Below the pieces are notes generated by a model. The model was given only the letters and a program-made list of their open reading frames with translations. It did not search any database and was not told where the DNA came from. Of a stretch of 64,000 nucleotides of DNA, positions 1 to 8,862 are shown in pieces. A program made the position numbers and the translations under genes. The stretch is from positions 13,125-77,124 of the forward strand of contig CAZAQB010000003.1 in the NCBI GenBank assembly GCA_964487155.1. Direction: 5' to 3'. Each line of letters starts with the position of its first letter. The first letter of the stretch is position 1. The stretch is from an uncultured Ectothiorhodospiraceae bacterium. GTDB taxonomy: Bacteria > Pseudomonadota > Gammaproteobacteria > Nitrococcales > Nitrococcaceae.

Positions 1-669
1 ACGCATACATAAGTGGGGCCGGGGGTGAGGCGCTCCAGGACAGCGATTCCGGTCTGGAAGTCCTCCTCGCGGCCGGCCAGCGCCACCTCGACCGAAGGCG
101 CGTGGGCCCGGGTGTCCATGGCGGTGATGAACATCGCCCGGGGCTGATCTCCGGGGGTCGGAACACGCGAGAACGGCCGGGTGCGCAGGGCCGTCCACAG
201 GCCGGACTCCACCAGCAGCGCCGTCACTTCGGCCGCGCTCATCTGGTGCGGGGCCGAGGGCCGATAGCTCTCGAAGGCCACCTGGTCGCCGGCCGTGCCG
301 TCCTCCTCCACGGCGATCACCAGGGACTGGAAGGCGCGCTTCTCGCCCCGGTTGATGGCGGTCACCCGGCCGGCCGCGGGGGCGGTGTGGCGCACGCCGG
401 GGAAGGCCTTGTCCTCGATCACGGTCTGGCCGCGCTGCACGCGCTCGCCCTCGGCCACGGCCATGCGCGGCTTGAGCCCCACGAAGTCGGCTCCCAGCAG
501 GGCTACCGTGGTGGCCGGCTGCGCCGACTCCACCACCTGATCCGGCGCCCCCGCCAGCGGCAGGTCCAGCCCCCGGCGGGTGCGGATGCAGCGCGCCGGG
601 CTCGCGGCGGCGACCCCGCCCTCTTCCTCGGCGTCCGGCGGACCGCCCTGCGCGGTCGTCTGAGACATC
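1..669 (-). CDS. nqrA: Na(+)-translocating NADH-quinone reductase subunit A, N-terminal part (gene runs off the left edge)
   Basis: Hand translation of the reverse strand from ATG 669-667 gives MSQTTAQ...CIRTRRGLDLPLAGAPDQVV...GLKPRMAVAEGERVQRGQTVIEDKAFPGVRHTAPAAGRVTAINRGEKRAFQSLVI...ESGLWTALRTRPFSRVP...MFITAMDT. This matches the conserved NqrA N-terminus. It is absent from the ORF track because no stop lies inside the window. Confidence 0.85.
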
Positions 670-1171
670 CAGTGCTCCTTTTTGCGGCCTGAACTCGCGC
701 GGCAAGGGCGCCACCCAACGCAGCCACGGCCGCCCACCCGGACGCACGCGCCCCGTCACGCCCCCGGCCCGTCAGGCCGGGTGCCGCGGTAATCTGCCAG
801 GCGACGACACGCAGTGAAGCGTTCCAAGGCGCTGGCGGGCGGCTCCTGCCCGAGGCGTGGAACGTAAATGCAAAAATTTACCCGGGCCGGCGCGGTGCCC
901 TCTGCGCCGGCCCCGGGGTGGCCAGGCGGCTGCGGCCGCGATGCGGCTGTGCCCGGGCCGGACGTAGTCTAACCACGCCATGGCGGCCAAGTCTCGCAGG
1001 GGAAAAACCTCGCTACCGTGATCCAGCGCAATACTTGGGCCGGCAAGGGCCGCCGCGGGGCTGCCTTCCCCTGCCACCGCCCGGTCCCGCCGGCTCAGGT
1101 CACCGCATCGGCAGCAGGCCCGGCAACTTCAGTGCGCTCTGCGCGACTTGCCCTGCGGCTGCAGCGAAGAC

Positions 1172-1202
1172 GGTGGGCTTCGCTGCGCTCTGCCCACCCT
1201 AC
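1172..1202. repeat. REP-like palindromic unit (GGTGGGC-N13-GCCCACCCTAC)
   Basis: Stem GGTGGGC/GCCCACC followed by CTAC, in the nqrA/acyl-CoA dehydrogenase intergenic region. It has the same overall design as the GTAGG-type REPs elsewhere in the window. Confidence 0.5.
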
Positions 1203-1223
1203 GCGGCTGACCACCCGATGCGG

Positions 1224-2873
1224 CTAGCCGGCAGAGGCGCGGCTCAGGATGACGTCGAGATCCAGGCCCGGGGGCAGGTCGCCCCACACTCGCTCCGCAT
1301 GGTCGGCCAGGCGGCTGGCGCACCAGGCCTCGGCCACCGGCGCCGGGGCGTGGCGCAGCAGCAGGCTGCCCTGCAGGGTCAGGGCCATCAACGCGGTCAG
1401 CCGACGGGCCCGGGCCGGCTGGGGCTCGGCCAGTTCGGCGTCCAGGGCGGCCAGGGCCGCGTCCAGTGCCGGGTGGACTCCGGCGGCCTGCCGCGCCTCG
1501 GCCCGCAGCGCCTCCACGGCGTCGGGCTCGCGCTGCAGGGCGCGCAGCACGTCCAGGCAGATGACGTTGCCGGAGCCCTCCCAGATGCCGTTCACCGGGG
1601 CCTCCCGGTAGAGCAGCGGCAGGCCCGATTCCTCCACGTAGCCGCCGCCGCCGAGGCATTCCATGGCCTCGGCGATGTGGCCCGCGGCCCGCTTGTTGGT
1701 CCAGAACTTGGTGACGGCGGTGGCGATGCGGGCGAACTGCCGCTCGGCCGGATCCCGGCCGGCGCGGTCGAAGGCGCCGGCCAGGCGCATCACCAGGGCG
1801 GTAGCCCCTTCCACTTCCAGGGCCAGATCCGACAGCACCGCGCGCATCAACGGTTGGGCCAGCAGGCGCTCGCCAAAGGCGCGGCGGTGGCGGGCGTGGT
1901 GGACGGCATGCACCACGGCCCGGCGCATCAGGGCCACCGGAGCGGCGGCGGCATCGATCCGGGTCTGCTGCACCATCTCGATGATGGTCGCCACACCCCG
2001 GCCCGGCTGGCCCACCCGCCGCGCCCAGGCGCCGTGGTACTCGATCTCGGAGGAGGCATTGGCACGGTTGCCCAGCTTGTCCTTGAGGCGCTGGATGAAA
2101 ATGGGATTGCGGGTTGCATCCGGTGCGAAGCGCGGCACCAGGAAACAGCTGAGTCCTTCCGGAGCCTGCGCCAGGGTCAGGAAGGCATCGGACATGGGCG
2201 CGGAGCAGAACCACTTGTGGCCGCTGAGCCGATACTCGCCCGGGGCCTGCAGCGGCTCGGCCACGGTGGTGTTGGCACGCACGTCCGAGCCACCCTGCTT
2301 CTCGGTCATGGCCATGCCGATGGTAACCGCGCGCTTCTCGGTCGCGGGCAGCGCGCGCGGATCGTAGTCATCGGTGAGGATCATGGGCTCCCACAGGTCC
2401 GCCACCCCCGGCTCCCGGCGCAGGGCGGCAATGGCGGAATGGGTCATGGTCACCGGGCAGCAGAAGCCCGGTTCCGCCTGGGTGAGCAGGTAGATGGCCG
2501 CCACGTGGGCCACCTGGCCGCCCTCCCCCGGCCGGCGCCAGGCGATGCTGTGCACGCCCCGACCCAGCGCGAGGGACATCAGCTGGTGGTAGGCAGGGTG
2601 GTAGATCACCCGGTCGACGCGCCGGCCGTGGCGGTCGAAGGCCTGCAGCTCCGGCGGATGGCGGTTGGCCGCCCACCCCAGCCCCGCCGCCTCGGCGCTG
2701 CCGGTGCGCTCCCCCAGCCCCGTGAGCCAGTGCGCCACCCAGGCGGGGGCCTCCCGGGCCACCGCCTGCGCCAGGGGGGTGTCGCTGGTGAAGCTGTTGG
2801 CCTCGGGCAGGGGCGGCGGCTGGTTCTCGACCCGGTGGGTGGGGAGTTGGCTGAGGGCGTCGCGGTCGGTCAT
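1224..2873 (-). CDS. AidB-like acyl-CoA dehydrogenase family protein
   Basis: ORF 1224..2921. I prefer the start at MTDRDALSQL, which has GGAGGA 5 nt upstream. Acyl-CoA dehydrogenase/AidB-like motifs are present (TEKQGGSDVRANTT, HKWFCSAPMSDAFLTLAQ, GGGGYVEESGLPLLYREAPVNGIWEGSGNV). Confidence 0.85.
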   Translation of the reverse strand: MTDRDALSQLPTHRVENQPPPLPEANSFTSDTPLAQAVAREAPAWVAHWLTGLGERTGSAEAAGLGWAANRHPPELQAFDRHGRRVDRVIYHPAYHQLMSLALGRGVHSIAWRRPGEGGQVAHVAAIYLLTQAEPGFCCPVTMTHSAIAALRREPGVADLWEPMILTDDYDPRALPATEKRAVTIGMAMTEKQGGSDVRANTTVAEPLQAPGEYRLSGHKWFCSAPMSDAFLTLAQAPEGLSCFLVPRFAPDATRNPIFIQRLKDKLGNRANASSEIEYHGAWARRVGQPGRGVATIIEMVQQTRIDAAAAPVALMRRAVVHAVHHARHRRAFGERLLAQPLMRAVLSDLALEVEGATALVMRLAGAFDRAGRDPAERQFARIATAVTKFWTNKRAAGHIAEAMECLGGGGYVEESGLPLLYREAPVNGIWEGSGNVICLDVLRALQREPDAVEALRAEARQAAGVHPALDAALAALDAELAEPQPARARRLTALMALTLQGSLLLRHAPAPVAEAWCASRLADHAERVWGDLPPGLDLDVILSRASAG

Positions 2874-2964
2874 GGGGTCCTCCAGCCGCTCGGCGGGCGG
2901 CCTGAGTGCTGGGTTTAGCATGTGGCGCGACCAGCGATGTCGCCAATACGTCTTCAGTACTCAA

Positions 2965-3277
2965 AGGGTGTTTACAAACTAATTTACGCGCCTCATCGCT
3001 CTCCACACCGCTCATGGGGTGCGGCGCCAGCCGTGCTCCGGGCCTCGGCAAGGCCTTGGACACCGCCGCCGTAGACCCACGTTGCGAAGAAACGTGGGGG
3101 CCAGCGTCGCCAACGCCAAGTGCATATCGCCGAGCCCGCGTGCCCGAACCGATCCGCGGTACCGATGCCATCGCCCATTGGCAGGTTTCTTCGCAACCTG
3201 CCCTACGGCGGGCTTCGGTCGGCGCCGGGCGGGATCCCCACCCCGCGCTCCGGCGCGCCTGATTTTGTAAACACCCT
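2965..3277 (+). repeat. MITE-like nested-palindrome element, copy A (full length)
   Basis: Perfect 14-bp terminal inverted repeat: AGGGTGTTTACAAA (2965-2978) and TTTGTAAACACCCT (3264-3277). Two internal hairpin modules are mutually inverted: 3071-3098 (GTAGACCCACGTTGCGAAGAAACGTGGG) and 3180-3206 (GGCAGGTTTCTTCGCAACCTGCCCTAC). Homologous to 10165-10457 and 18030-18190. Confidence 0.75.
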
Positions 3278-3323
3278 CTCAGCACTTCGTACGCAGTACC
3301 TCATCGCCCCCGCGTTGCAATGA

Positions 3324-4592
3324 TCAGATGCCAGCTACCCAGACCAGCAGATAGATGCCGCTGCCGGCCAAGGCCCCCACCAGGGTGCCGTTGATGCGGA
3401 TGTACTGCAGGTCACGCCCCACGGCCAGCTCCAGGCGGTCGGTGACGGTGGTGGCGTCCCAGCCGGAGACCACTTCGGCCATGAAACGGCCGATCTCGGC
3501 CCGGAACGGGGTGACGTAGTCCTCCACGAAGCGGGCCAGGGCGGCGTTCAGGCGCGAGCGCTGCACCGGATCCCGCTGCAGGGCCTCGCCCACCCCCTGG
3601 AGCCCGAGCACCAGGGCCGGGCGCAGCTCGGAACGCTCGGTGTCCAGTTCCCGCAGCACCGCCTGGCGCAGCCCGTCCCAGAGGCCGTCGAGCTGCTCGG
3701 CGGTGGAGGCCCCGGCCAGCAGCCGGTCGCGCACCAGGGCCAGCTCACGACCCAGGGCCTCGGAGGCGGCGGCCCGCTCCAGGGCGTGGCGCAGCGCGGC
3801 ATCCAGCTGGCGGCGGGCCTCGTGGTCCGGCCGGGACAGGGCGTCCAGGGCCTCCTCCAGGGCTTCCACGATGGCCTGGGCCAGACGCCGGTCCAGGCGC
3901 TCCGGCACCCACCAGCGGCTGCGGGCACTCACCGCGGCCAGGATGCGGTCCTGGTTGGCGCGCAGGGCCTCCCGGCCGGCGGCGGCGAGGCGGTCCAGCA
4001 GGCTCTGGTAGTAGGGGGACTCCTGCAGCAGCACCAGGCCACGGACCACCAGGGGCTGCAGGTCGAGCTGACGCAGCCGCCCGACCACGGCCCGGCGCAC
4101 CAGGCCGCGCAGACGTTCCTCGCCAAGTCCCTGCAGCAGGTACGGCGCGGCAGCCAGCACCCGGTCCGCCACCACCTCGGCGTGGCGGGGCTCCTCCAGC
4201 CAGCCGGCCAGGCGCCCGGCGGGGTCCAGACTGGCCAGCTTGGCGGAGATCAGCTGGGGATCCAGGAAGTGGCGCTCCACGAACCGGCCCAGCCCCTGGC
4301 CGAGGCGATCGCGCTGGCGGGGAATGATGGCGGTGTGGGGGATGGGCAGGCCCAGGGGGTGGCGGAACAGGGCGGTCACCGCGAACCAGTCGGCCAGCCC
4401 CCCCACCAGGGCCGCCTCGGCCGCCGCCTCGATGAGCCCCGGCCAGAAACCGTGGGGCAGGCCGATTCGGGCCCCCAGGAACACGCCAGCCGCCAACAGC
4501 AGAAGCAGACTGGCCCGGCGCCGATGCCAGGCCAGTTCGACACGCTGCCGTGCTTCGACTGCCGCCGTCATGGCCGCCGACGATACCTGCAT
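3324..4592 (-). CDS. DUF445 family membrane protein
   Basis: 422-aa ORF. The N-terminal membrane segment plus ALVGGLADWFAVTALFRHPLGLPIPHTAIIPRQRDRLG is the hallmark of DUF445/YjiN-like proteins. A C-terminal TM segment is also present. Confidence 0.8.
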   Translation of the reverse strand: MQVSSAAMTAAVEARQRVELAWHRRRASLLLLLAAGVFLGARIGLPHGFWPGLIEAAAEAALVGGLADWFAVTALFRHPLGLPIPHTAIIPRQRDRLGQGLGRFVERHFLDPQLISAKLASLDPAGRLAGWLEEPRHAEVVADRVLAAAPYLLQGLGEERLRGLVRRAVVGRLRQLDLQPLVVRGLVLLQESPYYQSLLDRLAAAGREALRANQDRILAAVSARSRWWVPERLDRRLAQAIVEALEEALDALSRPDHEARRQLDAALRHALERAAASEALGRELALVRDRLLAGASTAEQLDGLWDGLRQAVLRELDTERSELRPALVLGLQGVGEALQRDPVQRSRLNAALARFVEDYVTPFRAEIGRFMAEVVSGWDATTVTDRLELAVGRDLQYIRINGTLVGALAGSGIYLLVWVAGI

Positions 4593-4723
4593 GGGCGGAC
4601 CGGCAGAAGCCCGGCCGGCACCGCCCAGCGTCGCGACGGTCGGGTTACCCGGCGCCGCAGCCCACTAAGGCCCGGCGTCAACACCCACGGCAGCCAGCGT
4701 GACCACCGGCGACTACGGCGCCG

Positions 4724-5401
4724 TCAGAACACGTACCCGATGCCCACCTCGAAGACCAGGGGGTCGACTTCCACGTCCAGCTCGGGGTCCTCGCCGTTGG
4801 GGTTGTTGAGCCGGGCGTCGGTATCGATGTCGATGAAACGCACGGCGGTGTTGAACAGAAAGCCGTTGGCCAGCTCATAGTCTGCCCCGAGCTGGGCCGC
4901 CACGCCCCAGGAGTTCTCCAGGTCGATGTCGTTGAAGCCAAGCGCCCGGGTTTCCTGCTCCAGGTCGTCGTCAAAGAAGCGGGTGAAGTTCACGCCGACA
5001 CCCACGTAGGGCCGGATCGGTCCGCCGCTCTGGATGTGATACTGGATACTCAGGGTCGGTGGCAGGTGGCGCACGTCAGCCACGTCCAGTCCATCGACGC
5101 TGTTACCGCCCAGGCTACCGGTGGCCTTGATATCGTGCTGGAAGGGCGTGGACGCCAGCAGCTCGACGGCGATGTTGTCAGTGATGAAATACGCGCCGGT
5201 GAGGCCAAGTGCAATGCCGGACTTGACGCTCACGCCCACCTGCGTGCCAGGCAAGGTGTCACTATCCGAGCTGGGGTCCACAATGGCGAAGCCACCCCGC
5301 ACCAGGAAATCCCCCTGACCGGCGGCGAAGGCACCGGCGGATGTCCCCAGGGCGGCGACAGCGGCGAGCGCTGAGGCTGCGATAGCCTTGTTGTGCTGCA
5401 T
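4724..5401 (-). CDS. ompW: OmpW family outer-membrane protein
   Basis: Start at MQHNKAIAASALAAVAALGTSAGAFA (signal peptide). OmpW-like beta-strand pattern, ending in the aromatic terminus ...FEVGIGYVF. Confidence 0.85.
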   Translation of the reverse strand: MQHNKAIAASALAAVAALGTSAGAFAAGQGDFLVRGGFAIVDPSSDSDTLPGTQVGVSVKSGIALGLTGAYFITDNIAVELLASTPFQHDIKATGSLGGNSVDGLDVADVRHLPPTLSIQYHIQSGGPIRPYVGVGVNFTRFFDDDLEQETRALGFNDIDLENSWGVAAQLGADYELANGFLFNTAVRFIDIDTDARLNNPNGEDPELDVEVDPLVFEVGIGYVF

Positions 5402-5541
5402 GGTTCCTACTCCTGCCTTGGTTGCAATGTTGTTCGACTGGGCAGGGCCGCGCGGCCGGGGCCGGCTGCTCCGGCGCGGTGCACTGGCAGGCGCCGTGCT
5501 GTCGTTCTGCAACAAACTGTAAGATTTCGCATCAGCACCCA

Positions 5542-5555
5542 TTGACCTGGGTCAA
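5542..5555. promoter_or_regulatory. Candidate FNR/Anr/CRP-family binding site TTGAC-CTGG-GTCAA
   Basis: Perfect palindrome matching TTGAT-N4-ATCAA in 8 of 10 positions. It lies in the divergent ompW/dctP intergenic region, centred about 70 nt from the dctP ATG and about 147 nt from the ompW ATG. Confidence 0.5.
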
Positions 5556-5618
5556 ATGGCTTCTGCATTGCACAAACCGACTATTCTGCTGTGTTTCCCG
5601 GTGAGGAGGAGACGCCAA

Positions 5619-6611
5619 ATGCGCCGCACCGCCACTGCCCTCGCACTTTCCCTGGTGCTGACCGCCACCTGGGCAACTTCGGCCAACGCCGCCCCAGTCG
5701 TCATCAAGTTCCCCCACGTGGTCGCGGAGAACACTCCCAAGGGCCGGATGGCGAACAAGTTCCGCGACCTGGTCCACGAGCGCGTCGGCGCGGACAGGGT
5801 GAGGGTCGAGGTCTACCCCAACAGCCAGCTCTATACCGACGAGAACGTGGTGCAGGCCATGCGGCTGGGGGACGTGCAGCTGGCGGCGCCGGCGCTGTCC
5901 AAGTTGAGCCCCTTCACCGATAGCCTGCAGCTGTTCGACCTGCCGTTCCTGTTCGAGGACGTCAAGGCGGTGGAGTGCTTCCAGACCAGCGACAAGGGCC
6001 AGGGCCTGCTGGCCTCCATGGCCGACAAGGGCGTCACCGGCCTGGGCTACCTGCACAACGGCATGAAGCAGCTCTCCGCCAGTCGGCCGCTGCGCGTGCC
6101 TGAGGACGCGAAGGGCCTGAAGTTCCGGGTCATGTCCTCGGACGTGCTGAGCGCCCAGTTCCAGGCGCTGGACGCGGCGCCGGTGCAGAAACCCTTCGCC
6201 GAGGTGTTCACGCTGCTGCACACCGGCGCCATCGACGGCCAGGAGAACAGCTGGTCCAACATCTACTCCAAGCAGTTCCACGAGCTGCAGCCCTACATCA
6301 CCGAGTCCAACCACGGCTACCTGGGCTACCTGGTGGTGACCTCCAGGCGGTTCTGGGACAGCCTGCCCGCCGATGTGCGCCCCGAGGTGGAGCGGGCCCT
6401 GGCCGACGCCCTCGACTACGGCAACAGCCTCGCCAACCGGATCAACGCGCAGCACAAGCAGCTGATCATCGATTCCGGCGAGAGTGAGATCATCGAGCTG
6501 ACTCCGCGCCAGCGGGCGTGGTGGGTCGAGGTGATGAAGCCGGTGTGGGAGCAGTTCGAGAAGCAGATCGGGCCGGAACTCGTCGCAGCCGCCGCGGCCT
6601 GCAGGCACTGA
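5619..6611 (+). CDS. TRAP-type (DctP family) periplasmic solute-binding protein
   Basis: Start MRRTATALALSLVLTATWATSANA (signal peptide) with GAGGAGGA upstream. DctP-family pattern present (IKFPHVVAENTPKG, YPNSQLY, LFDLPFLF, GLGYLHNGMKQL, KFRVM). Confidence 0.85.
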   Translation: MRRTATALALSLVLTATWATSANAAPVVIKFPHVVAENTPKGRMANKFRDLVHERVGADRVRVEVYPNSQLYTDENVVQAMRLGDVQLAAPALSKLSPFTDSLQLFDLPFLFEDVKAVECFQTSDKGQGLLASMADKGVTGLGYLHNGMKQLSASRPLRVPEDAKGLKFRVMSSDVLSAQFQALDAAPVQKPFAEVFTLLHTGAIDGQENSWSNIYSKQFHELQPYITESNHGYLGYLVVTSRRFWDSLPADVRPEVERALADALDYGNSLANRINAQHKQLIIDSGESEIIELTPRQRAWWVEVMKPVWEQFEKQIGPELVAAAAACRH

Positions 6612-6647
6612 TCCGGACCTGGGGATGGTGAGATACACGTCTTCCCG

Positions 6648-7592
6648 ATGATCTCCGCACCCCACGCCCTGTCCATCCTCGCGGCACTGCTGCCGATCTT
6701 CGCCCTGATCGCTGTCGGCCACACCCTGTTCCGGGCGGGCTTCCCCGGGGCGGGCTTCTGGCCGCAGCTGGAACGGCTCACCTACTTCCTGCTGTTCCCG
6801 GCGCTGCTGGTGGAGAAACTGGGCACCGCCTCGGTGGACGGCGGCCGCATCCTGCCCATGGCGGCCGCGGTAGCGGCGACCCTGGCCGCCATGACCGTGC
6901 TGGTGCTGGTGCTGCGGCCCTGGCTGGGAGTGGCCGGGCCAGGCTTCACCTCCGTCTATCAGGGCAGCATCCGCTTCAACACCTATGTCGGGGTCGCCTC
7001 GGCCTTCGCCCTGTTCGGCGATCAGGGCGCCGCGGTGGCGGCGCTGACCATCGCCCTGCTGATCCCTCTGGTGAACGTGCTCTGCGTGGCCGTGCTGAGC
7101 CGCCATGCCGGCGGCCGGGGGTCCGTGGCGGGCACGCTGCGGGGCATTCTGCGCAATCCCCTGATCCTGGCCTGCGCCGCCGGCATCGCCCTGAATCTCT
7201 CGGGCATCGGACTGCCCCTGGGCAGCGACGGGGTGCTGGAGATCATCGGCCGGGCGGCCCTGCCGCTGGGGCTGATGGCGGTGGGGGCCGGGCTGCAGCT
7301 GCGCCGCGCCGGCACTGAGGGCGTGGCCATGGGCAGCGCCCTGGTGCTGAAGCTGGCGGTGATGCCGGCCATCGCCTGGGTCAGCGCGGGCCTGCTCAGG
7401 CTGGACCCTCTGGAAACCGCCGTACTGGTGCTGTTCGCGGCCCTGCCCACGGCGCCGTCGGCCTACATCCTCGCCCGCCAGATGGGGGGTGACCACGCCC
7501 TGCTGGCACGCATCCTGACCCTGCAGACCCTGGTGGCGGCCGGCAGTCTGCCTGCGGTGATGCTGCTGGTGGCGCCGGCTACACCGGGCTGA
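6648..7592 (+). CDS. AEC (auxin efflux carrier / Mem_trans) family permease
   Basis: 314-aa polytopic membrane ORF starting 37 nt after the dctP-like stop. AEC-like ends: LLPIFALIAVGHTLFRAG... and ...LPTAPSAYILARQMGGD. Confidence 0.75.
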   Translation: MISAPHALSILAALLPIFALIAVGHTLFRAGFPGAGFWPQLERLTYFLLFPALLVEKLGTASVDGGRILPMAAAVAATLAAMTVLVLVLRPWLGVAGPGFTSVYQGSIRFNTYVGVASAFALFGDQGAAVAALTIALLIPLVNVLCVAVLSRHAGGRGSVAGTLRGILRNPLILACAAGIALNLSGIGLPLGSDGVLEIIGRAALPLGLMAVGAGLQLRRAGTEGVAMGSALVLKLAVMPAIAWVSAGLLRLDPLETAVLVLFAALPTAPSAYILARQMGGDHALLARILTLQTLVAAGSLPAVMLLVAPATPG

Positions 7593-7617
7593 GTGTCTGC
7601 CGGCCGATTACCTGGAC

Positions 7618-8862
7618 TCAGCCCTCGCTCGGCTCCACCTCTGCCCGCAGACTCGCCTGGGCGGCGGCGTCCAGACGGGCCAGGCGCTGCAGCAGCTGGG
7701 TGCTGATGCGGTGGCCCGCCGGCACCAGCAGCACGCCGTCGGCGGTGCGCAAATCCCGGCGCAGGCGCATCCCGGGGCGCAGGCCCGCCAGGGGCAGAGT
7801 GAAGCTGCCGGCCTTCTCGGCCTCGTCGCGATGGCGCAGCCAGTGCATGAAGCTGCGCACGACGCGCGGATCGAAGCGCTGGCCGGCTTCTTCCTCGAGG
7901 AATCGCAGAGCACCGGCCCGGTCCAGGCGTGTGACGAACATGCCGCCGTGAACCGCCTCGTCGTAGCGGTCGGCCACCGCCAGCAGCCGGGCCGGCAGCG
8001 GGATGGCCTCGCCGGCCAGGCCCGCCGGGAACCCCTTGCCGTCGAAGCGCTCGTGGTGGCAGCGCACATAGCTCGCCACTCGGCTCATGCCCGGCAGCCG
8101 TTCCAGCAGCCCGGCCCCCCGCTCGGGGTGCTTGCGAAAAGCCTCCAGCTCGGGACCGGCCAGCTGGTGCTCCGGCAGCCGGCGCAGCTCCTCCGGCAGG
8201 TCCAGTTCGCCCAGGTCGTGCACCAGCCCCGCCAGGGAGAGCTCCCGCAGCGAGGCCTCCGCCAGCCCCAGGTAGCTGCCGAAATCCCACAGCATGGAGG
8301 CCACCCGCCGGCCGTGGGCCCCCCGGCACAGCGCCGTGAGCGTGGAAAGGCTCTGGAAGAAGGGCAGCAGCAGGCGGGTGGAATCGCTGTCAGGCGGCGG
8401 CGCCTCGCCCGGAAGTCCGACGGCCAGCTCGCTGCCCAGCCCAGTACGTCCGTCGTCGGCCCGGGCCGACGACGTGCGGGTGGCCACGGCCGCCTGGATC
8501 TGGCTCGCCAGGTCCGTGGCCCGCCAGGGCCGCTGCAGTACGCCGGCGATGCGGTACCGGTCTATCTGTTGCTGGGCCCAGGCCAGCAGGTCGGGACCGG
8601 CCAGCAGCACCACCGGCACACCGCCGGCGTAGACCGACAGGCCTTGCAGCTGGTCTTCCACGGCGGACTCGCCACGGCCGGGGTCCAGCAGCAGCACGTC
8701 CGGCACCCAGTCCACCAGCAGCGCGCCGGCCTCGGCCAACGCCGCCGTCCGGCAGCCATGGCCGGCGCTTTTCACATCCCGCTGGAGCAGGTTGCGGACC
8801 GTCGGCGCCGGAGACACTACCGCGACCCGCAGCTTCTGGCCCACCGGCGCCATGGAACTCAC
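7618..8862 (-). CDS. HD-GYP domain protein with a degenerate N-terminal receiver-like domain
   Basis: HD-GYP motifs are present (GLVHDLGELDLP, HHERFDGKGFPAGL, ARLLAVADRYDEA). The N-terminal roughly 120 aa are REC-like (LLLDPG, VVLLAG) but lack the acidic DD pocket. The start is either GTG at 8862 or ATG at 8853. Confidence 0.8.
   Translation of the reverse strand: MSSMAPVGQKLRVAVVSPAPTVRNLLQRDVKSAGHGCRTAALAEAGALLVDWVPDVLLLDPGRGESAVEDQLQGLSVYAGGVPVVLLAGPDLLAWAQQQIDRYRIAGVLQRPWRATDLASQIQAAVATRTSSARADDGRTGLGSELAVGLPGEAPPPDSDSTRLLLPFFQSLSTLTALCRGAHGRRVASMLWDFGSYLGLAEASLRELSLAGLVHDLGELDLPEELRRLPEHQLAGPELEAFRKHPERGAGLLERLPGMSRVASYVRCHHERFDGKGFPAGLAGEAIPLPARLLAVADRYDEAVHGGMFVTRLDRAGALRFLEEEAGQRFDPRVVRSFMHWLRHRDEAEKAGSFTLPLAGLRPGMRLRRDLRTADGVLLVPAGHRISTQLLQRLARLDAAAQASLRAEVEPSEG

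Noticed and set aside
918-2918. 666-aa plus-strand ORF (and nested ORFs 1129..2214, 1249..1611, 1663..2367) overlapping the AidB-like gene
   Set aside because: The translation is Gly/Arg/Pro/Ala-rich and low in complexity, typical of an antisense or off-frame shadow in high-GC DNA. The minus-strand frame (1224..2873) has clear acyl-CoA dehydrogenase motifs and a good RBS.
3120-3323. Short ORFs at 3120..3323(+), 10084..10509(-) and 17948..18184(-) sharing peptides such as NLPYGGLRS, which could look like a small conserved protein family
   Set aside because: The shared peptide is simply the translation of the repeated hairpin module of the MITE-like element. Orientation and frame are not consistently preserved, and there are no RBSs.
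5532-7496. 654-aa minus-strand ORF spanning the dctP-like and AEC genes
   Set aside because: Shadow ORF with Gly/Arg/Gln/His-rich composition. Both plus-strand genes have recognisable family signatures.
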